From Patescibacteria group bacterium (GTDB taxonomy: Bacteria; Patescibacteriota; UBA1384; UBA12157; JAENIV01), in the NCBI GenBank assembly GCA_041666185.1, contig JBAYHL010000001.1, positions 69,073 through 133,072 of the forward strand: a DNA stretch of 64,000 bases, given 5' to 3'. Positions 42,450 through 53,140 of the stretch are shown one piece after another; position 1 is the stretch's first letter, and every line of letters begins with the position of its first letter. Under the pieces are notes generated by a model. The model was not told the DNA's origin, made no database searches, and saw nothing but the letters and a program-made list of their open reading frames with translations. Both the position numbers and the translations under genes were made by a program.

Positions 42450-42571
42450 ATGGTTTCTGTTTCTAAAATTATTTTTTCTTGAGTTATAACTATTTAGCTA
42501 TACTAAAAAATCGCCGGAAAAGCGATATTTTTAATTATGTAATTATATAAATTTACACTTTAGGATATTAA

Positions 42572-42643
42572 AGGGCCTGGTGAGGATCGAACTCACGACA
42601 AATTGCTTAAGAGGCAATCGCTCTACCACTGAGCTACAGGCCC
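42572..42643 (-). tRNA. tRNA-Lys(CTT)
   Basis: ATTGC-CTCTTAA-GCAAT anticodon arm; cloverleaf. Confidence 0.92.
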
Positions 42644-42719
42644 TGGCGCCCCTGGAGGGAATCGAACCCCCAACCTTGACGTTAGAACCGTCCTGCTCTG
42701 TCCGTTGAGCTACAGGGGC
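42644..42719 (-). tRNA. tRNA-Arg(TCT)
   Basis: GACG-GTTCTAA-CGTC; encoded CCA directly abuts tRNA-Lys. Confidence 0.88.
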
Positions 42720-42870
42720 CAAAACTAGTTTGATTATAAGCGAAGCTTGTAAGCTAGACTTAATAATCTAATTATAACAGATTTAAAAGCATTTTTAAAG
42801 AGTTTGTATTCATCTTTTCTGGTCTATGTTACGATAAATATATGGCTGCTAGAAAAATTATTTTATAAAT

Positions 42871-43674
42871 TTAAGTTGTAATATCTCGTCTGGTAAAAAT
42901 AACGAGTCCTAAAATAAAAAATACTATCGATACACCCAAAAAAACCACATAAGACCAGTGGTCTATTTGGTTATGAATTAAAGCCTTACCAGGATTAAAA
43001 TAATAGAAAAACGAAACATATTTCAAATCTGCCAAACTCTCTTTAATTACTGACAAAATATTTAAAACATACATTAAAACCAAAAGTCCGCCAGTTATAA
43101 AGAAAACTTTACCTTTATCCGAAAAAATTGCCGACATTACAAAGGCAACACTAAAAACACTTAGGCCAAACATAAAACCTAAAAGAGCAATTGTCGCAAA
43201 ATTATTTGCCTTAAAAGTAATATTATAAGCATCAGCGAGCGGAATAGCTGAAAAAATAGTGAAAACCACAAAAACTGCTAGCATTGCTAGCCCTGCCAGA
43301 TACCTACCAATGAATAATTTTGCTCTAGAAATAGGTTGTGAAAGTAAAATTTCAATTGTTCCAGTCTCAATTTCATTGGCAATACTTCCCCCGGCAAAAC
43401 TAACTAACATAAAAATAAGCATTATCGGCCACATGAGAGAGAATTGTTCAGTTGACAAATATCCTTCCAGGGTTGTAAAAGATTTAATTTCAAAATTAAA
43501 AGCCTTTAAAAATGATTCTGGATAATTCTTGATTAATTGTTCTAAACTAGCTGATTGATCTTTAAAAGACGGGAATAAAGCAATATACATCCAAAGTAAA
43601 GCAATGCCTGAAATAATATAAATAAGCGTGACGACTCTTCTGTCTCTAATTGTTCGCCAAAAAATTGTCCACAT
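42871..43674 (-). CDS. ABC-2 type permease
   Basis: EIETGTIEILLSQPISR, multiple TM segments. Confidence 0.9.
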   Translation of the reverse strand: MWTIFWRTIRDRRVVTLIYIISGIALLWMYIALFPSFKDQSASLEQLIKNYPESFLKAFNFEIKSFTTLEGYLSTEQFSLMWPIMLIFMLVSFAGGSIANEIETGTIEILLSQPISRAKLFIGRYLAGLAMLAVFVVFTIFSAIPLADAYNITFKANNFATIALLGFMFGLSVFSVAFVMSAIFSDKGKVFFITGGLLVLMYVLNILSVIKESLADLKYVSFFYYFNPGKALIHNQIDHWSYVVFLGVSIVFFILGLVIFTRRDITT

Positions 43675-43676
43675 TT

Positions 43677-44657
43677 TTACTCCAATTTTGGTACCGCTAA
43701 CAGGTCTTCATCGTTACTTTTTTCTAAACTAGTGGAAACATTGATTCCAGAATGATTATAGGCCTCCGGCCGCGGAAATTTCTGACCGGAATTATAAAAC
43801 TCTAAGAAAATTTCTTCCAAACTAGCGTGAGAAATCTCCAATTCTTTAATATTATAATTGGCCAATTTTCTAACCAAAGGGTTAATATCACCCTTAACTC
43901 CTAGTTCCAAGCCATTTGGCAACTCTTTTTGAATTTGCACGCCATCAAAAACAAAATCTTGTCGCACAAGCGGGCTATTGAAATAAACTCTTACCGTGTG
44001 CATTCTTTTGTCTTTTAGTTCTTGAATGCTCTCAATCGTTAATAATTTGCCATCTTTAATAATACCTACTCGATCACAAAGACGATCAACTTCAGCCATG
44101 TTATGAGAAGACATAAAAACAGTTGTACCTTTTTTCTGAGACTCTTCTAAAATTTCATAAATTTTATTTTGCAAAAGTGGGTCTAAACCAACTGTTGGTT
44201 CATCCATAATAATTAGCTCCGGTTCAAACATTAAAGATAAAATGAGACCTAATTTTTGTTTATTACCAGAAGAAAGAGATTTAAACTTGATCTTCGGATT
44301 TAAATTTAAATCAGCAACAAGCTTTTGGGCAATAGATTTTTTTCCTCTAAGACCTTCTAAGAAATTAATATGTTCTTCACCAGTCCAACCACCATAAAGC
44401 CTAACATCTCCAGAAAGATAGCCAAGTTTTTCTTTAATCCCAATTTGGCCATTGTTCGCATTTAATCCGAGTAATTTAACACTGCCTACAGTCGGGCGTA
44501 AAAAATCCATTAGACAACGAATTGTTGTGGTTTTTCCGGCCCCATTTGGACCTAAAAATCCAAAAATCTCACCTTTTTCGACCGAAAAAGAAATATCGTC
44601 AACTGCCCGAACTTTGTTAAAATATTTTTTTAAATTTTGTACTTCAATTACATTCAT
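43677..44657 (-). CDS. ABC transporter ATP-binding protein with repeat-derived C-terminal extension
   Basis: GPNGAGKTT, LSSGNKQK, MDEPT; ends SLEEIFLEFY then about 38 extra aa. Confidence 0.92.
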   Translation of the reverse strand: MNVIEVQNLKKYFNKVRAVDDISFSVEKGEIFGFLGPNGAGKTTTIRCLMDFLRPTVGSVKLLGLNANNGQIGIKEKLGYLSGDVRLYGGWTGEEHINFLEGLRGKKSIAQKLVADLNLNPKIKFKSLSSGNKQKLGLILSLMFEPELIIMDEPTVGLDPLLQNKIYEILEESQKKGTTVFMSSHNMAEVDRLCDRVGIIKDGKLLTIESIQELKDKRMHTVRVYFNSPLVRQDFVFDGVQIQKELPNGLELGVKGDINPLVRKLANYNIKELEISHASLEEIFLEFYNSGQKFPRPEAYNHSGINVSTSLEKSNDEDLLAVPKLE

Positions 44658-44659
44658 TG

Positions 44660-47083
44660 TTAAATCTTTTTCCTCTCGATGTATTTTACCATCTCGATCC
44701 AAGCTGTGGCAATAATTGCTACGGAAAATACCGCTAACCAATGACCAAATTTTAACGGTACAGTTTCAAGTAAACGATTAAAAAATGGTACATAAATAGC
44801 AATCGCAATCAGCAAAAACCCATAGATTACACCAAAAATTAAATAAATATTATCAAAAAGATCACGTAAAGCAAAGATTGATCTTTTTAAATTTTTAAAC
44901 GAAAAAATGTAGACAAGACTAACTGAACCAACTGTGGCGAAAGCAATTGTTCTAGCTAATTCAAGATTATTAGTTTGTTTTTCAAAATACCAAAAAAGTC
45001 CAAGAGCCAATATGCCAATAACAAAACTCACTGAAAAAATTAAAACTTTCATTGAAGGACTCAAAATGCTTTCTTTTTGGATTTCTTGTGGTGTTCTTTC
45101 CATAATACCTTCTTCTTTTGGTTCAAAACCTAGCAAGATGTCTGGTGGACCATCACAAATTAAGTGAACCCATAAAATTTGAACAATTAATAAAGGTGTT
45201 TGAAAACCCAGAATCATTGCCCCAAAAATTAAAACTATTTCCGCAAAAGAATTCGATAAAACATAACCCACGACTTTTTTAATGTTTGATAAAATTAACC
45301 TACCTTCTTCGCAAGCAGCAATGATCGTTTTAAAATTACTGTCTAAAAGAATTAAGTCACTAGCTTCTTTGGAAACATCTGTCGCATTATTAACCGTTAC
45401 GCCAATATTAGCTTTTTTCAAAGCAGGCGCGTCGTTAACACCGTCACCAGTCATGGCTACTATCTCGCCTTTTTCCTGTAAAACTTGAACAATTTTTAAT
45501 TTTTGATGTGGCAAAACTCGACTGAATAAAACTATTTTGTCGATTCGATTTTTCAATTCCTCATCAGACATTTTTTCCAAATCATCACCTTCTAAAATAT
45601 TTTCGTCACTCAAATTAAAGCCTAATGCCGTTGCCACCTTTTCGGCAGTTTTTCGATAATCACCAGTAATAATTTTAATCTTTATACCTGCTTTTTGTGC
45701 ATAAGCAATTGCTTCTTTTGCCTCAGGCCTAACAGGATCCTGAATACCAACCAATCCCAACCAAATAAAATTCTTTTTATCAAAACCATCTTCTTCCTTA
45801 TAAGCCAACCCTAAGATTCTCAAGCCCTCACTCGCCCATAGGTCAATTTTTTTCATAATCTTTTCTTGATCTTTGTTATTAAGATTACAAAAAGAAATAA
45901 TTTTTTCCGGTGCGCCCATGAGATGAGAGATTTTCTTTCCATCGACATAATTAACACTCATTGAATATTTTTTTTCACTATCAAATGGCTCTTCGTCAAT
46001 TTTTTCATATTTATCATATATTTCTTGTGGATTAAATTTATTTGCTTGCTTTACATAATCCCAAAGGGCAATTTCTAAATTTGTTTTTTGTTCATTATCA
46101 AGAGTCATTACCAACAAGCTTTTGTCCAAATCAGAACTATCAAGTTTGACCACTTTCATATTGCCTTCTGTTAAAGTGCCTGTTTTATCGGTACAAATAA
46201 CCGAAGTAGAACCTAAAGTTTCAATTGATAAAAGTTTTCTAACCAATCCGTTTCTTTTTAAAATTTTTCTCATCCCTAAAGCTAGGATTACTGTTAAAGC
46301 AATTGGTAAAGCCTCAGGCATTGCCGCAATCGATAAAATAATAGCGACTTTCAAAGTTTCCCAAATATTATTACCATAAAAAACACCAACCAAAAAAATA
46401 AGAAGACAAACAATCAAAATTATCGCTGCTAAACCATTAATAAAAGAACCGAGTCTTTTTTGTAGAGGTGTTTCAGTTTCTTCAATATCCCCAAGACTTT
46501 GGCCAATTTTACCCATTTCAGTCAATTTACCAATTTTTTCAATCTTCATTATCCCCTTGCCTGAAACAATCGTTGTCCCCATAAATAAATTTGGACTACC
46601 AATTTCAAATTTCGGTATTGCTTCTTCTTCACCGGTTATAATTGATTCATTAACTAAAATTTTATTGCCATCGACTAGAGCACCATCTGCCGGTACTCGA
46701 TCACCGGCATTTAAAATAACGTAATCGCCAGGTACTAATTCCTGAGCATCGACTGTATATCTTTTACCATCGCGAACCACTAAAGCTTCTGGTTTGAGTA
46801 TTTTTTGCAATGCCTGCAAAGTTCTATGAGCACTGTATTCCTGATAAAATCCCATTAAAACATTTACTATCAAAACTGACAGCGCTAAACCACCATCAAT
46901 TTTTTCACCTAATAAAAATGACGCTAAAGCAACCAATAGTAAAATATAAATCATTGGTGATTTAAGCTGAGCCCAAAGTATTGTAGCCCAAGAAATTTCT
47001 TTTTTAGCCGAAAGAATATTTTTGCCAAATTGACGATGTAAATTCAAAACTTCTTCCGAAGAAAGACCATTAATTTTCTTCAT
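44660..47083 (-). CDS. cation-transporting P-type ATPase
   Basis: TGE, DKTGTLT, TGDGVNDAPAL. Confidence 0.95.
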   Translation of the reverse strand: MKKINGLSSEEVLNLHRQFGKNILSAKKEISWATILWAQLKSPMIYILLLVALASFLLGEKIDGGLALSVLIVNVLMGFYQEYSAHRTLQALQKILKPEALVVRDGKRYTVDAQELVPGDYVILNAGDRVPADGALVDGNKILVNESIITGEEEAIPKFEIGSPNLFMGTTIVSGKGIMKIEKIGKLTEMGKIGQSLGDIEETETPLQKRLGSFINGLAAIILIVCLLIFLVGVFYGNNIWETLKVAIILSIAAMPEALPIALTVILALGMRKILKRNGLVRKLLSIETLGSTSVICTDKTGTLTEGNMKVVKLDSSDLDKSLLVMTLDNEQKTNLEIALWDYVKQANKFNPQEIYDKYEKIDEEPFDSEKKYSMSVNYVDGKKISHLMGAPEKIISFCNLNNKDQEKIMKKIDLWASEGLRILGLAYKEEDGFDKKNFIWLGLVGIQDPVRPEAKEAIAYAQKAGIKIKIITGDYRKTAEKVATALGFNLSDENILEGDDLEKMSDEELKNRIDKIVLFSRVLPHQKLKIVQVLQEKGEIVAMTGDGVNDAPALKKANIGVTVNNATDVSKEASDLILLDSNFKTIIAACEEGRLILSNIKKVVGYVLSNSFAEIVLIFGAMILGFQTPLLIVQILWVHLICDGPPDILLGFEPKEEGIMERTPQEIQKESILSPSMKVLIFSVSFVIGILALGLFWYFEKQTNNLELARTIAFATVGSVSLVYIFSFKNLKRSIFALRDLFDNIYLIFGVIYGFLLIAIAIYVPFFNRLLETVPLKFGHWLAVFSVAIIATAWIEMVKYIERKKI

Positions 47084-47168
47084 TGCAATTACCTCCTTTT
47101 TTTGATTCAAACGAATTAGAACAATTACTATTATATAACAATCTTACTAAATTGAGGCTATTAGTTTT

Positions 47169-47414
47169 TTATTTTCGTCTTTTTTTAAAAGTCTCTATCC
47201 ACATCAAAATAAGACCGCGATATTTTTTAGGCAAATATCGTAAAAATAATTGATCAACAAGACCAAGACCACCTAGAAGGAATATTCCCCAAAAGAAAAA
47301 AGGCCAACCAGGCAAAACTGGCAAAACTATACCTAGTACACCAATTGATATTAAAAAAACAGCAAAAATACGCTGCCAAAAATGAAATTTTTTAAGTTTT
47401 AATTTGTCTAACAC
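47169..47414 (-). CDS. small membrane protein (DUF454/PGPGW-like)
   Basis: GVLGIVLPVLPGWPF. Confidence 0.6.
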   Translation of the reverse strand: MLDKLKLKKFHFWQRIFAVFLISIGVLGIVLPVLPGWPFFFWGIFLLGGLGLVDQLFLRYLPKKYRGLILMWIETFKKRRK

Positions 47415-47483
47415 GATTTTTATTAATAAATCTAATTAGGAGTGGTCGACACGAATCGAACGTGTCTATTTCCTGTAACCACA

Positions 47484-47558
47484 TGGGGCGACCAAGCGGA
47501 GTCGAACCGCTGACAGCAGGACCACAACCTGCAGTTTTGCCGCTAAACTATGGCCGCC
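47484..47558 (-). tRNA. tRNA-His(GTG)
   Basis: GCAGG-TTGTGGT-CCTGC; G-1 and CCA encoded. Confidence 0.92.
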
Positions 47559-47609
47559 ATATTCTTTCGTTGTTTTAATTTTACCAAAATTGTCGCTTCT
47601 TCTCAAGAC

Positions 47610-48635
47610 CTATAACTTATTTCCTTGATTAAACAAATAATTCTCAGTTTCCAAAACAACTTTTACCATAACTTTAATTGCCTCGACCGGATAATCACCA
47701 ACAGCCGTTTCGTTAGAAAGCATAACAGCATCAGTCCCATCATAAACAGCATTGGCAATATCGGAAATTTCTGCACGAGTTGGAAAAGGCACTTTAGTCA
47801 TTGTTGAAAGCATATGGGTTGCTGTTACGACCGGTTTTTCGGCATAATTACATCTTTTAATAATCTGTTTTTGCAAAACCGGTAATTTTTCAATTGGCAA
47901 CTCTACCCCTAAATCACCACGAGCGACCATAATTCCATCAGAAGCTTGAATAATTGCGTTTATATTTTCAATTGCGTGAGCACGTTCAATTTTACACATT
48001 ACTTTCGCTTTTGATTTGCCAATAATCTGTTTTAATTCCTTAACGTCATCTTCCGTTTGAACAAAAGAAATCGCAATCCAATCAGGAGTTTGTGTCAAAA
48101 TAAATTCTAGATCTTTTCTATCCTTGTCGGTCAAAGAATTAGTTGTGGTTTTAGTTAAAGGCAAATTAACACCCTTTTTTGGATAAATATCGCCACCACA
48201 TAAAACTTTGCAGTGAATTTTGTGATTAACAACTTTTGTTACTGAAAGCTCAATCGAGCCATCATCAATAAGGATAATATCCCCTACGTTTACATCGGAA
48301 TGCACATAAGGATCCATAATTACTAACTCATTTGGTTCAATATCCTGACAAGCAGAGCTTGTTAAAATTACTTTTTGACCATCTTTAACTTTTCTTGGAG
48401 GATTAGCAAAATCGGCAATTCTAATTTTTGGACCTTGTAGGTCACAAAGAATTTGAACTTTTTTCTTAAGTTTTTTAGCCCATTTGCGAATTAACTTAAT
48501 TCTTTTTCCATGATTTTCATGGCTATCATGAGAAAAATTAAGTCGTGCGACATCCATACCATTTAAAATTAATTCACGAATTTTTTCTTCACTTTCGGTT
48601 TTTGGTCCAATTGTACAAATAATTTTTGTTCTCAA
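47610..48635 (-). CDS. pyk: pyruvate kinase (lacking C-terminal domain)
   Basis: RTKIICTIGP, RLNFSH, DLQGPKIR, MVARGDLG, PTRAE, DGTDAVMLSNETA. Confidence 0.92.
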   Translation of the reverse strand: MRTKIICTIGPKTESEEKIRELILNGMDVARLNFSHDSHENHGKRIKLIRKWAKKLKKKVQILCDLQGPKIRIADFANPPRKVKDGQKVILTSSACQDIEPNELVIMDPYVHSDVNVGDIILIDDGSIELSVTKVVNHKIHCKVLCGGDIYPKKGVNLPLTKTTTNSLTDKDRKDLEFILTQTPDWIAISFVQTEDDVKELKQIIGKSKAKVMCKIERAHAIENINAIIQASDGIMVARGDLGVELPIEKLPVLQKQIIKRCNYAEKPVVTATHMLSTMTKVPFPTRAEISDIANAVYDGTDAVMLSNETAVGDYPVEAIKVMVKVVLETENYLFNQGNKL

Positions 48636-48697
48636 TGTTGCCTTTCTTAAAACAATTAAAAAATCAGCTTTTTGCTGAAATCATCAACTTAATATTT

Positions 48698-48774
48698 TGG
48701 TGCGCCCGGAGGGATTCGAACCCCCGACCTCTTCGTCCGAAGCGAAGCGCTCTAATCCACTGAGCTACGGGCGC
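48698..48774 (-). tRNA. tRNA-Arg(TCG)
   Basis: CTTCG-CTTCGGA-CGAAG; CCA encoded. Confidence 0.93.
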
Positions 48775-48829
48775 GAACATAACAAGCGACCGTAACTTTA
48801 GAAAACAAAGACCTACGGACGTATTATTA

Positions 48830-48903
48830 TGGAGCGGGTAAGGGGAATCGGACCCCTGTATCAAGTTTGGAAAACTCGCGCACTACCATTGTGCTATACC
48901 CGC
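48830..48903 (-). tRNA. tRNA-Gly(TCC)
   Basis: CGAGT-TTTCCAA-ACTTG; T-loop reads TCCGATT. Confidence 0.9.
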
Positions 48904-48911
48904 AAAATGAT

Positions 48912-49292
48912 TTAAAAATTAACTTTTTTATCTTGAATTAATTGCTTAAGTTTTTTCTTAGAACATTTTTGGCATCTATATTCGGGTGTTTTATCATCAG
49001 TCCGATTATATCCTCCTGGGCCAACTACCAACCTTCTTACTAAATCCGTCTTTCCGCAATCGTAACATTTACCTTTTTTTAATATTTCCCAACTTTCAAC
49101 TGTTTTTGATTTGAAAATAAATCGATCAACCCAAAAAAATATACATCCACCAATTAAATTTGCTACCATTGCAGCAATCCAGTCTTCTTTTGTCCCCCAT
49201 ATTGTTGGGGAATGCTTGAAAAATGCCACAACAGGAGCGAGTATAATAGTTGACAGCTGCCAACGAAAAAGATAAAGAATAAATTTTATCAT
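48912..49292 (-). CDS. membrane protein with C-terminal CxxC..CxxC
   Basis: [23 protein letters not shown]; CYDC, CQKC. Confidence 0.7.
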   Translation of the reverse strand: MIKFILYLFRWQLSTIILAPVVAFFKHSPTIWGTKEDWIAAMVANLIGGCIFFWVDRFIFKSKTVESWEILKKGKCYDCGKTDLVRRLVVGPGGYNRTDDKTPEYRCQKCSKKKLKQLIQDKKVNF

Positions 49293-49308
49293 AATGCTCT
49301 GTTTTAAT

Positions 49309-49385
<77 letters not shown>

Positions 49386-49521
49386 ATATTTAAATGTCCC
49401 TACCAATATTATACATTATACTAGAACTTAGGTCATCGGTCAACCTGAAAAAAATAAACTAAAACTTTAGCAACCTGTTGAAAAGAATGATACAATATAT
49501 GTATATGTTAACGGAGGGAAC

Positions 49522-52500
49522 TTGAGAATTCCAAAAAGAAAACAACTTCAAACTGTTATTATTTTGTTTTTTGCCCTTATCACTACCGGATTAATTTTTT
49601 TCGGATTTTTTAAATTTGTCTACAAAGCCGAAGAATTAAATAATGGTGAAGCTTATATTACTAATTTAACTAATAATGGAGATAATGTTGCTTACCAAGG
49701 CTCGACTAAAGAAAATCCACAAATTCCTAAATATAATAAATTTGAACTTACTTTTGATATTAATTGGTACCACAATAGGGATTTTACCAACCCTCAAGCT
49801 AAATACGATCCAATTATTGAAGGAACGGCTAACCCTTATTGGCCATACGACCAAACTCCCGCCGCTAATACAGTTAGCCATCCTAACGCCGTACCAGATG
49901 GCATCGGCGTTTCAGTAGATGGTTTATTTTTACCTTCCAGCCAAACAGATTGGAGTAAAGCAACTGTTCAACCAGGATTTTATTACCAAGATTTTGAAAA
50001 ACAAGATTATTTAAAAGATAAAAACCAGGACTGGATTTACCCAAAAGGAAGTCCAGTTTGGAAAATAAGATATTCACCAAAAGATCTAGGTCAATACCAA
50101 TACAAAATCCGAGTTACTGACAAAACTGGTCAAATTCACTACACACCTCAAGCAAACACTTTAACAGCCATAGACTCATCCAACCCTGGTTTTGTTCAAG
50201 TATCAAAAACTGATTCTAGATATTTCGAAACTAGTAATGGCCAAAATCTAAACTTAATTGGTATATCCGATCCTGGTATCAATTCAACTTACGATATTGA
50301 AAAAAATCTTGCTCAAATTAATGAGATGGGGATAAATCTAATTCGACCTTGGTGGCAAGGATCTAGTTTTCGTCCAATTCTTTTTGGTATTAGCGGTCAA
50401 GGCGGAGTTCCGGACTGGGGTTTCACTTTAAATGCTAATCAAATAGGTTCAGGTAATAATCAGACTATGCCTGGGGAAATCTTTTCTTACAAAATGACAA
50501 AAAGTTATCCAAGTGCTCGAACAGGTGTCCCTATTAAAACTAACACCAACTATAGATTATCAGCCTGGGTAAAAACAACTGGTGTTACCGGAACCGGCAC
50601 TTATGGTGCTTCATTATACCCATATCCACCAAAAACTGGCGGCAGTCAACCTGTTTACAGATCAGAATATGTAACAGGTGACACAGATTGGAAACAGTTA
50701 GTCGTTGATTTCACATCAGACGCAACATCTAAAAACATCGATATTAACCTCAACTTAGCCAATATAGTTACTGGGGAAGCGTATTTTACAAAATTATCTT
50801 TAAAAGAAAATTTAGGTAATGATAAATTTGGCGGAGAAATAATAAACCGACCAAATATAAATGTCCAAAATTACATATCTTTGCAACACGCTTGGTATGC
50901 AGATTATTTAGTAGAAGAAGCCGCAAAAAATAACATTTACATGAAAGTAGTGGCTGAAGAAAAACAAGATATGGTTTTTTCTCGCATCGGTGCCGACGGA
51001 ACCGCTGCGTCACCTAGCGACGACAATGTTTACGCTTCATCAACAAGTGCCAACAGAGTTTACCAAACATACTATTGGCGATATTTAACAGCCAGGTATT
51101 CATATTCAACCACTATTCATTCTTGGGAACTTTTCAACGAAGGTAATCCTTATAGTGGAGGCCACCGTGACGACACACTTGCTCTAGGTTCTTATATAAG
51201 CCAATATGACCCAAACAAACACTTAACATCAACTTCTAACTGGCATTCGTATCCTATTTCTCTTTGGGACAAGATCGAAACAAGCTATGGCGATCTTCAT
51301 CGCTATATAGGTTCGGGTGCTTATAGTGATCGATATATACTTTGGCCTGGTTGGGATGGTGCGTGGTACGATCCACCAAAAATTAGTGCTCTAAAAGAAA
51401 ATTATTCATTTGACGAAACAATAGCTCATTCTGGCCATAATTCGTTAAAAATTACTATTCCACCAGCAACTAAAGATGGTAGTGTTAAAGATTCTGGTTT
51501 ATTTGTCCAAATTGGTGTTAAACCTAAACATCAATATGAAATTAGTTGGTGGACTAAAGCCGAAAACATTAAACAAGCTGGTGGAGTCTGTGAACCAACA
51601 TCTCCTTTTGTCAGCGTTTATTACAGTGGTGAACAAACAATGTGGGACGGTTGGCCAAGCTGGAATGTTACTGGAGGAAACCCGTGTGGCAAATGGAAAA
51701 TTCCCGATGGTACTTACGATTGGCAAAAAATTACCACTCAACAATTTACCATTCCCGAAACTGGACGTGACACTAAATTACCTCCTCGTTACCTTGGTAT
51801 TTCTTTTAATTATTATACAAAAACTAGTGTACCAGAAGGAATTGCTTGGTTTGACGATCTTCAAGTTAAAGATATAACCACAGGTGAAGTATATAATTAT
51901 AACGGTGGATTTGAAAATATAACTCACGAAGAAGATGACGTTGTTGCTGCCCATCAATCATATTCACAAATTATTAAAAGTTTTGATATGGGTAAGCCTT
52001 CAATTAGAGGTGAGGTTGGCTTTCAAAATCCAAGACCAGAACTATCTAATCCATACAAAGGCTATACTAGCGGACAAGTTTTTGATCGTCTAAGGGTCGA
52101 TGACACCCAAGGCGTTTGGTGGCGTAAGTGGACATGGGCTAATTTAGACTCTGGCGGTTTGACAGAAATTTTATGGGATTCCATGAGTTTATTAATGAAT
52201 AGGAATTATAAATTCGCTAAAGCTTACCAAAATTTCATGTCTGATATTAGTCTCTCGAATGGAAAGTACAAGGACTTAAACGCCTCAACCTCTGATTCCA
52301 AATTAAGAGTTTTAGGTCAAAAAGAATTAGCTGATGGCATAATTGACAAAGCTCACCTTTGGATAGACAACGCTCCGTATACTTGGAAAAATGTTGTCGA
52401 CGCATCAGCTGGTAGTAGCCAGCTTGCTTCACCAATTTCTGGCAATATCACTATTTCTGACGCACAACCATCTAAAACTTATCTTCTTCAGTGGTGGAGC

Positions 52501-53136
52501 ACTTCAACAATCGATAATCCTTCAACTTCCGATATTAACGAACAAATTGTCATTGATAACACTTACCCAACATTAATAAATAGTGACGAACAAGGAAAAC
52601 TTACAATCCCTATTAATAATTTGCAATCAGATATTGCTTTAAAAATTACTATCGAAAAAACTAAAACGATCCCGCCAGAACCCAGCCCCACACCTACCTC
52701 CACCCCTGTAGATAAAACCACTAGTACACCCACACCGACTACTTCCTTGCAAGAAGTAACTCCTACACCAACCTCAATAACGCCAACACCTTCATCTACT
52801 GAAGAAAATAATACAAACATTGATAACAATATTCCAAGCACTGAGGCTCCGTCTCAAATAACTGAAAATGGTCAGCCAACACCAATTAGCGACACTACCA
52901 ATAACAATATCCCTGAACCCGATTCTTCCACTAAAATATTTTCTAGCCCTAGCAGTCAGCCATTACCACAAGAAAGTAGCGTAAGCAAAACAGAAAGTCC
53001 TAAACCCACCCTTATTCAAGGAGTTTCATCTCGACTAAAATGGCTTATTGCCATTATCAGTTCCATTATTATTGGTAGCTTTTGGGCAACCATCTTTATT
53101 TTAGAAAAAAAGAGATCTAAAAAAACACAAGACTAA
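49522..53136 (+). CDS. large surface glycoside-hydrolase-like protein with carbohydrate-binding modules and P/T-rich stalk
   Basis: N- and C-terminal TM, WELFNEG clan-A acid/base motif, two CBM4/9-like inserts, PTPT linker. Confidence 0.75.
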   Translation: MRIPKRKQLQTVIILFFALITTGLIFFGFFKFVYKAEELNNGEAYITNLTNNGDNVAYQGSTKENPQIPKYNKFELTFDINWYHNRDFTNPQAKYDPIIEGTANPYWPYDQTPAANTVSHPNAVPDGIGVSVDGLFLPSSQTDWSKATVQPGFYYQDFEKQDYLKDKNQDWIYPKGSPVWKIRYSPKDLGQYQYKIRVTDKTGQIHYTPQANTLTAIDSSNPGFVQVSKTDSRYFETSNGQNLNLIGISDPGINSTYDIEKNLAQINEMGINLIRPWWQGSSFRPILFGISGQGGVPDWGFTLNANQIGSGNNQTMPGEIFSYKMTKSYPSARTGVPIKTNTNYRLSAWVKTTGVTGTGTYGASLYPYPPKTGGSQPVYRSEYVTGDTDWKQLVVDFTSDATSKNIDINLNLANIVTGEAYFTKLSLKENLGNDKFGGEIINRPNINVQNYISLQHAWYADYLVEEAAKNNIYMKVVAEEKQDMVFSRIGADGTAASPSDDNVYASSTSANRVYQTYYWRYLTARYSYSTTIHSWELFNEGNPYSGGHRDDTLALGSYISQYDPNKHLTSTSNWHSYPISLWDKIETSYGDLHRYIGSGAYSDRYILWPGWDGAWYDPPKISALKENYSFDETIAHSGHNSLKITIPPATKDGSVKDSGLFVQIGVKPKHQYEISWWTKAENIKQAGGVCEPTSPFVSVYYSGEQTMWDGWPSWNVTGGNPCGKWKIPDGTYDWQKITTQQFTIPETGRDTKLPPRYLGISFNYYTKTSVPEGIAWFDDLQVKDITTGEVYNYNGGFENITHEEDDVVAAHQSYSQIIKSFDMGKPSIRGEVGFQNPRPELSNPYKGYTSGQVFDRLRVDDTQGVWWRKWTWANLDSGGLTEILWDSMSLLMNRNYKFAKAYQNFMSDISLSNGKYKDLNASTSDSKLRVLGQKELADGIIDKAHLWIDNAPYTWKNVVDASAGSSQLASPISGNITISDAQPSKTYLLQWWSTSTIDNPSTSDINEQIVIDNTYPTLINSDEQGKLTIPINNLQSDIALKITIEKTKTIPPEPSPTPTSTPVDKTTSTPTPTTSLQEVTPTPTSITPTPSSTEENNTNIDNNIPSTEAPSQITENGQPTPISDTTNNNIPEPDSSTKIFSSPSSQPLPQESSVSKTESPKPTLIQGVSSRLKWLIAIISSIIIGSFWATIFILEKKRSKKTQD

Positions 53137-53140
53137 AAAG

